In this document: piece after piece, positions 44,820 to 51,000 of the stretch | How the letters are laid out: the number at the start of each line of letters is the position of its first letter | Position numbering within the stretch: position 1 is the first letter of the stretch | Origin: an uncultured Gaiellales bacterium | Lineage (GTDB): Bacteria > Actinomycetota > Thermoleophilia > Gaiellales > Gaiellaceae | Reading direction: 5' to 3' | DNA length: 51,000 nt | Assembly (NCBI GenBank): GCA_964623875.1 | Contig: CAZUVW010000002.1 | Location: 1 to 51,000, forward strand | Notes under the pieces: model-generated | What the model saw: the letters and a program-made list of their open reading frames with translations, nothing else | Database searches by the model: none | What the model was told of the DNA's origin: nothing | Made by a program: the position numbers and the translations under genes

Positions 44820-45704
44820 GTGGACTGGAAGCTCTCCATCGCCGGGCTGGCCATCGGCCTGCTCGTCGGGGTGACCGGGATGGGCGGCGGCTCGCTGATG
44901 ACCCCGCTGCTCGTGCTGCTGTTCGGCTTCAAGCCGACCGTGGCGATCGGCACCGACATCGTCCACGGCGCGATCTTCAAGTCGTTCGGCGCCGTGCAGC
45001 ACCGTCGGCTCGGGCACGTCCACGCGCGGCTCACCGCCTGGATGATCGCCACCTCGGCGCCGTTCTCGATCATCGGGATCGCGCTTGCCTGGTGGCTGAA
45101 GCAGGAGTACGGCGACGGCTACGAGGAGGTCGCGAAGGAGGTGCTGGGCGTCGCGCTGATCCTCGTCGGGATCGGCTTCTTCGTGAAGGCGTACCTGCAC
45201 TCCGTGCCGGAGGACAAGCCGTTCCTGCTCACGAACCGCGACCGGGCGATCGCGCTCGCGACCGGAGCCGTCGGCGGGTTCGTGGTGGGGCTCACCTCGG
45301 TGGGCAGCGGCACGATCTTCGGGCTCGTGATGGTGATCGCGTTCCCGCTCACGGCGGCCAAGATCGTGGGGACCGACATCTTCCACGCCGCCCTGCTGCT
45401 GGCGGTCGCGGGTGCGGGGAGCATGGTCGTCGGGAACGTCGACTACGCCGCGACGGGCTGGCTCCTGATCGGCTCGATCCCGGGCGTGCTGATCGGCGGG
45501 CGCCTCACCGTTCGGCTCCCCGATCGGACGCTCCGGTTCGCGCTGGCCTCGACGCTGGCGCTGGCGGGCGTGAAGCTCCTCGATCCGCCGGGTGCCGACG
45601 CGGTCGTCGTGGCGGGCGCGGCGATCGCGGCGGTCGCCGTCGTCGTCGGCCTCGCGCGCTGGTTCCTCCACCGCCCCGAGATCGACGAGGAGCCCGCCGT
45701 CTGA
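44820..45704 (+). CDS. TauE/SafE sulfite/organosulfonate exporter
   Basis: GVTGMGGGSLMTP, AIGTD, GLTSVGSG, VGTDIFHA, GSIPG..IG. Confidence 0.92.
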   Translation: MDWKLSIAGLAIGLLVGVTGMGGGSLMTPLLVLLFGFKPTVAIGTDIVHGAIFKSFGAVQHRRLGHVHARLTAWMIATSAPFSIIGIALAWWLKQEYGDGYEEVAKEVLGVALILVGIGFFVKAYLHSVPEDKPFLLTNRDRAIALATGAVGGFVVGLTSVGSGTIFGLVMVIAFPLTAAKIVGTDIFHAALLLAVAGAGSMVVGNVDYAATGWLLIGSIPGVLIGGRLTVRLPDRTLRFALASTLALAGVKLLDPPGADAVVVAGAAIAAVAVVVGLARWFLHRPEIDEEPAV

Positions 45705-45777
45705 CACGCGTCGGACGCGACCGGTCGGTCCTGCGCTGCCGGGAGGGGGTGAGCCCGGCCCCTACAATCCGTTGGCC

Positions 45778-46722
45778 GTGGCCCGCACAGCCTCAGTCGC
45801 CCTCGTCGCGGCGCTGCTCGTCGCCACCGGTGCAGCCTTCGCGTACACCGAGAAGCTGAAGCTCACCCCGAGCCCGATCCTCGGCACGCGCGTCGACAAG
45901 GTCTTCTCGCCCGTCTGCGACTGCCCCCTCTCCACCGCCACCATCTCGTTCCGGCTGCGCAGCGCCGACCGGCTCTCGGTCGAGATCGTGGACGGGTCGG
46001 GGGCCCCGGTGCGGACGCTCGTGCAGAACCGCCCCGTCGCCAGGGGGCCGGTGGAGGTGGTCTGGGACGGCAGGGACGACGCCGGCGCGGTCGTCGCCGA
46101 GGGCGCGTACCTCCCGCGCACCCGGCTGGCCCGGCAGCGGCGCACGATCACGTTGCCCAACCCGATCCGGGTGGACGTCACCCCGCCGACGATCGAGCGC
46201 GTCAGCGTGCGTCCACGCGTCTTCTCTCCGGACGGCGACGGGCGTCGTGACAGCGTGCTCGTCTCCTACCGCGTCTCGGAGCCGAGCCAGGTCGCGCTCT
46301 ACGTCGACGGGCGGCGTCAGGTGCTGAAGCGCGGTCGTCGCGAGGAGGGCGAGATCCGCTGGCTCGGCCTCGTCGGCGGCGAGCCCGTCGCCGACGGCTC
46401 GCACGGGCTCCAGCTCGGCGCGGTGGACGTGGCCGGGAACGTCGCCCAGCGGAGCCGCGAGGTGAGGGTGGTCGCGCGGTCGGTCGCCCTCGGCCGCGAT
46501 CGGATCCAGGCCGTCGCCGGCCGGACGTTCGCCGTGCTCGTCGTGTCGGACGCCCGTCGCGTGGAGTGGCGTCTCGGCGCGCGCCGCGGCTCGGCTCCTC
46601 CGGGCACGCTCCGTCTTCGCGCACCCGCTCGGCCCGGTCGCTACGCGCTCGTCGTGACGGCGAACGGAGGCTCCGACCGAGCGACGGTGATCGTCACCGC
46701 CCCGCCGGGGAGCGCTCCGTGA
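45778..46722 (+). CDS. Exported protein with FlgD-like Ig domains
   Basis: N-terminal signal/TM, VRTL, WDGRDD.G..V..G.Y, D.TPP, FSPDGDG, D.AGN. Confidence 0.75.
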   Translation: MARTASVALVAALLVATGAAFAYTEKLKLTPSPILGTRVDKVFSPVCDCPLSTATISFRLRSADRLSVEIVDGSGAPVRTLVQNRPVARGPVEVVWDGRDDAGAVVAEGAYLPRTRLARQRRTITLPNPIRVDVTPPTIERVSVRPRVFSPDGDGRRDSVLVSYRVSEPSQVALYVDGRRQVLKRGRREEGEIRWLGLVGGEPVADGSHGLQLGAVDVAGNVAQRSREVRVVARSVALGRDRIQAVAGRTFAVLVVSDARRVEWRLGARRGSAPPGTLRLRAPARPGRYALVVTANGGSDRATVIVTAPPGSAP

Positions 46723-48230
46723 CGCCGCTCGTCGCGGTCGGAGGCGTGCTCGGGACAGCGGGACTGGCCGTCCTGATGGCCGCGCCGCGGCGCGACCTCC
46801 GTCTCGCCGGGCTCGGCGCGTGGGGCGTCGGTCTCAGCTGTCTCGCGTTGTACCTCGCGCCCGACGTCGCCCCCACCCTCGCCGCAGCAGCGGTCGTCGC
46901 GGGCTTCCTGCTCGCCGCGGCCGGGGGTGCCGTGCTCCTGCGCTGGCCGTACGCACTGCCGTTCGCCGCCCTCGCGTGCGTGCCCCTACGGATCCCGATC
47001 GACGTCGCGGGCGAGGAGGCGAACCTCCTGCTGCCGCTCTACGGGGTCGTCGCCGCGCAGGCGGTCGCGCTCGCGTGGCAGATCGGCGTCCGCCGCGACC
47101 GCCGCTCGCGCGAGCTCGGCCCGGTGACGCTTCCGCTCGCCGCCTTCGTGGCGTGGCTCGGACTGACCACGCTGTGGACGGGCGACCCGCGCGAGGCGGC
47201 GATCGCGCTCGGGGCCTTCGTGCTCCCGTTCGGGCTGCTCGCGGTCGGGATGTCACGGCTCCCGTGGCGCGGGCGGCGACTCGCGTGGCTGTGGGGAGCG
47301 CTGGTCGCGACCGCGCTGCTGTACGCGTCGGTGGGCGTCTACCAGTGGGCGACGCGCGAGGTCTTCTGGAACCCGAAGGTGATCGTCGGCAACGCCTACG
47401 CGCCCTTCTTCCGGGTCAACTCCGTCTTCTGGGATCCCTCGATCTACGGCCGGTACCTCACCGTCGGGATCCTCACGGCCCTCGCGGGCGCGCTGCTCGG
47501 CGGCGTCCGCGGACGGAACTTCGTGGGCCTGGCGCTCGTGATCGCCGGGATGTGGGTCGGTCTCTTCTTCTCGTTCTCGCAGACGAGCTTCGTCGCACTC
47601 GCTGCGGGCGTCGCCGCGGCGGCGTTCGTCGTCTGGGGCTGGCGGGCCTTCGTGGCGGCGGTCGCGCTGGCGCTGGTCGTCGCAGCCGGGACGTTCGCGA
47701 TCCCGCAGGTGCGGGAGCGCGTCCTCGACGAGGGGCGGAGCGGGATCGACAAGGTGACGAGCGGCCGTGCGAGCCTCGTCGGACAGGGCGTGCGCATCGC
47801 GGTGGACCACCCGGTCGGCGGGGTCGGGGTCGGCGGCTTCAAGCGCGCCTACGCCGAGCGGACGGGCCTGCCCGAGCGCGACCCGCGGAAGGGTGCGTCG
47901 CACACGACGCCGATCACCGTCGTCGCCGAGACCGGGATCGTCGGCCTCGTGCTCTTCCTCTGGGTGGTGGCCGCGGCGCTTCGGGGAGCCCTCGGCGGGC
48001 TCGGCACGGGCTTCACGTCGCGCGTGTCGTTCGCCGTTGGCCTTACGCTACTCGCGATCTTCGTGCACAGCCTCTTCTACAGCGCGTTCCTCGAGGACCC
48101 GATGACGTGGGCGCTGCTCGGGCTGGTCGGGCTCGCGACGAGCGTCCCCCGTCGCCCGCCGCCCTCCGGTGTGCCGTCCGCCGGCGCGGAGCCGGCAGCC
48201 GAGCCGTCACCCGTCGGAGCGGCGACGTGA
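46719..48230 (+). CDS. O-antigen ligase / Wzy_C family membrane protein
   Basis: About 12 TM helices, R..S.F.DP..YG, SFS, SGR, HP..GVG.G.F, SH, ETG.VG. Confidence 0.85.
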   Translation: MTPLVAVGGVLGTAGLAVLMAAPRRDLRLAGLGAWGVGLSCLALYLAPDVAPTLAAAAVVAGFLLAAAGGAVLLRWPYALPFAALACVPLRIPIDVAGEEANLLLPLYGVVAAQAVALAWQIGVRRDRRSRELGPVTLPLAAFVAWLGLTTLWTGDPREAAIALGAFVLPFGLLAVGMSRLPWRGRRLAWLWGALVATALLYASVGVYQWATREVFWNPKVIVGNAYAPFFRVNSVFWDPSIYGRYLTVGILTALAGALLGGVRGRNFVGLALVIAGMWVGLFFSFSQTSFVALAAGVAAAAFVVWGWRAFVAAVALALVVAAGTFAIPQVRERVLDEGRSGIDKVTSGRASLVGQGVRIAVDHPVGGVGVGGFKRAYAERTGLPERDPRKGASHTTPITVVAETGIVGLVLFLWVVAAALRGALGGLGTGFTSRVSFAVGLTLLAIFVHSLFYSAFLEDPMTWALLGLVGLATSVPRRPPPSGVPSAGAEPAAEPSPVGAAT

Positions 48231-48862
48231 TCGAGGGGTTCTCGAGGGCGGTCGTGCTCGCGCCCCACACCGACGACGGCGAGTTCGGCTGCGGTGGGAC
48301 GCTGGCGCGGCTGGTCGAGGCCGGGTGCGAGGTGCACTACGTCGCGTTCTCGATCGCGACGCGCTCGCTGCCCCCAGGGTTCCCGCCCGACACGCTCGCC
48401 CGCGAGGTGCGCGAGGCGACGGCCGAGCTCGGGATCCCCGAGGAGCGACTGACCGTGCACGACTTCGACGTGCGCACCTTCCCCGAGCGCCGGCAGGACA
48501 TCCTCGAGCTCCTCGTCGCGCTGTGGGAGGAGCTGCGGCCGGACGTGGTCTTCCAGCCCTCGCACCACGACGTCCACCAGGATCACCAGACGATCGCGCA
48601 GGAAGGGCTCCGGGCGTTCAAGCGCACCACGATCCTCGGGTACGAGATCCCGTGGAACAACTTCGACTTCTCCTACGGGGCGTACATCGCGCTCGAGGAG
48701 CGGCACGTCGAGCGCAAGATCGCGGCGGTGCAGCACTACGCGTCGCAGCAGCACCGCCGCTACGCCGACGCGGAGTACATCCGCAACCTCGCCAGGGTGC
48801 ACGGCACGAACGTCAACCGCGCGTACGCCGAGGTCTTCCAGGTGTACCGCGTCGTCGTCTAG
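48227..48862 (+). CDS. PIG-L family de-N-acetylase
   Basis: APHTDDGEFGCGGT, DVHQDH, HYASQ, AEVF. Confidence 0.9.
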   Translation: MIEGFSRAVVLAPHTDDGEFGCGGTLARLVEAGCEVHYVAFSIATRSLPPGFPPDTLAREVREATAELGIPEERLTVHDFDVRTFPERRQDILELLVALWEELRPDVVFQPSHHDVHQDHQTIAQEGLRAFKRTTILGYEIPWNNFDFSYGAYIALEERHVERKIAAVQHYASQQHRRYADAEYIRNLARVHGTNVNRAYAEVFQVYRVVV

Positions 48863-48906
48863 CGCGCGCACGCATCCCGGACGACCAGCCGCGCGCGTCT
48901 GCGACC

Positions 48907-49110
48907 ATGGTGCTCGTGCTCGTGCGGATCCTCGACGCGGCCGGCCCGATCCTGTGCGGGCTGGCAGGCGTGTGCATGCTCGCGGCGCTCGCGGTCGACC
49001 TGGGCTCGACCGCGGCGAAGGCGCTGATGGCCGCCGCCGCGATCCTGTTCGTCCCGGGCGCCTTCCTCACGCTCGTCTACGTGCGCCGCTACTACGGACC
49101 AGGCCGGTGA
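48907..49110 (+). CDS. Small two-TM membrane protein (about 67 aa)
   Basis: Two hydrophobic helices; GTGA overlap with the amidase. Start uncertain. Confidence 0.6.
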   Translation: MVLVLVRILDAAGPILCGLAGVCMLAALAVDLGSTAAKALMAAAAILFVPGAFLTLVYVRRYYGPGR

Positions 49111-49853
49111 GCCGTGCGGCGCTCGTCCCGGCGCTCGTCGCTGCGGCGGTGCTCTTCGGCCGGGCGGCGGCACCCGCGGCAGACCGCCCGGTGATCGTCG
49201 TCGATCCCGGGCACGACGCGCGCGCGAACCTCGCGACCGAGCCGATCGGGCCGGGGTCGCCGACGCGGAAGATCCTCGACGGCGGCGGGACGCGGGGGGT
49301 GGTCACGGGGATCCGGGAGGCCGATCTGGTGCTCGACGTCTCGCTGCGGCTGCGACGGCTGCTCGAGCGCGCCGGCGTGCGCGGCGTGCTGACGCGCACG
49401 CGGACGGCCGGGGTGTCGATGGGCAACGTCGCTCGGGCGCGGATCGCAAACCGGGCCGGGGCGGCGCTGTTCCTCCGGGTGCACGCCGACGGGCATCCGG
49501 ACGCACGCGTTCGCGGCTCGCACACGCTCGTCCCGGCGCTCCGACGGGGCTGGACCGGCGACGTCCACGCCGCGAGCCGCAGGGCAGGCGAGCTGGTGCA
49601 GCGCGAGCTCGTCCGCGCCACCGGCTTCCCCGATCGAGGCGTCTCCGAGCGCGCGGACTTCACGGGCTTCAACTGGTCGGACGTCCCGGTGATCCTCGTC
49701 GAGACGGGCTTCATGACGAATCCGGTCGAGGACCGGGCTCTCGCGCGTGCCGCCCTGCGCGATCGCGTCGCCCGGGCGCTCTGTCGAGGTGCGCTGAGGT
49801 TCGTCGGTCGCCCGCACGCCGCCTGCGGCCGCGACGGCGCGCCCGTACGCTAG
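49107..49853 (+). CDS. N-acetylmuramoyl-L-alanine amidase (Amidase_3)
   Basis: VDPGH, E..L.L, RA..AN...A..F..VHAD, LVETGFMTN. Confidence 0.92.
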   Translation: MSRAALVPALVAAAVLFGRAAAPAADRPVIVVDPGHDARANLATEPIGPGSPTRKILDGGGTRGVVTGIREADLVLDVSLRLRRLLERAGVRGVLTRTRTAGVSMGNVARARIANRAGAALFLRVHADGHPDARVRGSHTLVPALRRGWTGDVHAASRRAGELVQRELVRATGFPDRGVSERADFTGFNWSDVPVILVETGFMTNPVEDRALARAALRDRVARALCRGALRFVGRPHAACGRDGAPVR

Positions 49854-49855
49854 GT

Positions 49856-49871
49856 TTTAGCCATGGCTAAA
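49856..49871. promoter_or_regulatory. DtxR/MntR/TroR-type metal-repressor operator
   Basis: Perfect palindrome TTTAGCCATGGCTAAA spans the ATG of the metal ABC operon; TAGGTT -10 adjacent. Confidence 0.65.
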
Positions 49872-50822
49872 CCAGGCCTGTGGCCGGCGATCGCGGCGGG
49901 AGTCCTGCTCGCCCTGCTCGCCGCCTCCTGCGGCCCCGTCTCGACCTCGGCGCTCCCCGACCTCTCCTCGAAGGAGGAGATCCGCGTGGTCACCACCGTG
50001 GGCATGCTCACCGACGTCGTCGAGCAGGTCGGGGGCGACCGCGTGCGCGTCGAGGGGCTGATGGGCCCGGGCGTCGATCCGCACCTCTACAAGGCGAGCG
50101 AGGGCGACGTCCGGCGCCTCGAGCGGGCGGACGCGATCTTCTTCGTCGGGCTCCACCTCGAGGCGAAGATGGCCGACGTGCTCGAGCGGATCGGCGACCG
50201 GCGGCTCTCGCGTGCCTGCGGCGCGGGGATCCCCGAGAGCCGACTGCGACGTCCGGCGGCCTTCGACGGCCAGTTCGACCCGCACGTGTGGTTCGACGTG
50301 GCGCTGTGGCGCGGCTGCGTCGAGGAGGTGCGCGACCGCCTCGCCGAGGCCGACCCGGCGCACGCCGCGACCTACCGCGCGAACGCGGAGCGCTACCTCG
50401 CGGAGCTCACCGCGCTCGACGCGGAGGTACGGCGCACGACCGCGACCGTGCCGAGGGAGAGGCGGGTGATCGTGACCGCGCACGACGCGTTCGGGTACTT
50501 CGGCCGCGCGTACGGCTTCGAGGTCGTCGGGCTGCAGGGGATCTCGACGGCTGCCGAGGCAGGGGCCCGGGACGTGGACGAGCTCGCGGCCTTCATCGCG
50601 ACCAGGCGCATCCCGGCCATCTTCGTCGAGTCGTCGGTCGCGCCACGGACGATCGAGGCCGTGCGGGCGGCCGTGCGCGCACGCGGCTTCGACGTCCAGA
50701 TCGGGGGCGCGCTCTATGCCGACGCCATGGGCTCGGCGGGGACGCCCGAGGGGACGTACGTCGGCATGGTGCGCCACAACGTGCGCACCATCGTGTCCGC
50801 GCTCGGAGGTCAGGCTCCGTGA
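49863..50822 (+). CDS. troA: Mn/Zn/Fe ABC substrate-binding lipoprotein (TroA/MntA)
   Basis: Lipobox LAASC, GPGVDPHLY, GLHLE, DPHVW, TAHDAFGYF, IFVE, YADA. Confidence 0.93.
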   Translation: MAKPGLWPAIAAGVLLALLAASCGPVSTSALPDLSSKEEIRVVTTVGMLTDVVEQVGGDRVRVEGLMGPGVDPHLYKASEGDVRRLERADAIFFVGLHLEAKMADVLERIGDRRLSRACGAGIPESRLRRPAAFDGQFDPHVWFDVALWRGCVEEVRDRLAEADPAHAATYRANAERYLAELTALDAEVRRTTATVPRERRVIVTAHDAFGYFGRAYGFEVVGLQGISTAAEAGARDVDELAAFIATRRIPAIFVESSVAPRTIEAVRAAVRARGFDVQIGGALYADAMGSAGTPEGTYVGMVRHNVRTIVSALGGQAP

Positions 50823-51000
50823 CGAACCCCGCGATCGAGGTCACCGACCTCACCGTCGCGTACGGCGAGAAGCCCGTCCTGTGGGACGTCGACCTGGAGG
50901 TGCCCACGGGAACCCTCACCGCGATCGTCGGGCCGAACGGCGCGGGCAAGACGACGCTGATCCGCGCCCTCCTCGGCCTCGTCCGCCCGGCCGCGGGTCG
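50819..51000 (+). CDS. troB: Metal ABC transporter ATP-binding subunit, truncated by the window end
   Basis: LTVAY..KPVLWDVD, Walker A GPNGAGKTT. Confidence 0.9.
   Translation, partial: MTNPAIEVTDLTVAYGEKPVLWDVDLEVPTGTLTAIVGPNGAGKTTLIRALLGLVRPAAG

Noticed and set aside
1-51000. tRNA, rRNA, prophage or IS transposase
   Set aside because: No cloverleaf, rRNA signature, phage structural gene or DDE/HUH transposase motif was recognised by eye. tRNAscan-SE and Rfam were not run.

Overview
Very GC-rich, gene-dense bacterial chromosome segment. Gene content and style suggest a deep-branching actinomycete of the Thermoleophilia/Gaiellales type (inference). It holds about 57 CDS. I recognised no rRNA, tRNA, CRISPR array or transposase. 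Blocks: mixed metabolic and envelope genes (0.1-12.4 kb); hemB-hemL split by a 3.4 x 68-bp REP-containing tandem repeat; a VapBC-type toxin-antitoxin pair; a futalosine menaquinone cluster (ubiD, ubiX, menG, polyprenyl synthase, mqnE, mqnA, mqnC) with a split-cytochrome-b Rieske complex embedded in it; carbonic anhydrase; surface-glycan genes; and the start of a TroA/TroB-type metal ABC operon. Top observations: (1) an apparently LysR-controlled operon of a fumarate-reductase-like flavoprotein, a two-subunit class I fumarase-like hydro-lyase, phosphosulfolactate synthase ComA and a TauE exporter. It reads as a sulfonate analogue of malate->fumarate->succinate (sulfolactate->sulfoacrylate->3-sulfopropionate); this is a hypothesis. 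(2) A 74-aa Rdx/SelW-type selenoprotein (CxxU plus SECIS-like hairpin) at 3044-3268(-) that the ORF track misses. (3) Palindromic insertions inside operons that are bridged by short ORFs keeping stop/start overlaps. (4) A REPIN/MITE-like inverted-repeat element present twice. (5) Pervasive leaderless promoters. All calls come from motif recognition by eye; no database searches were run.
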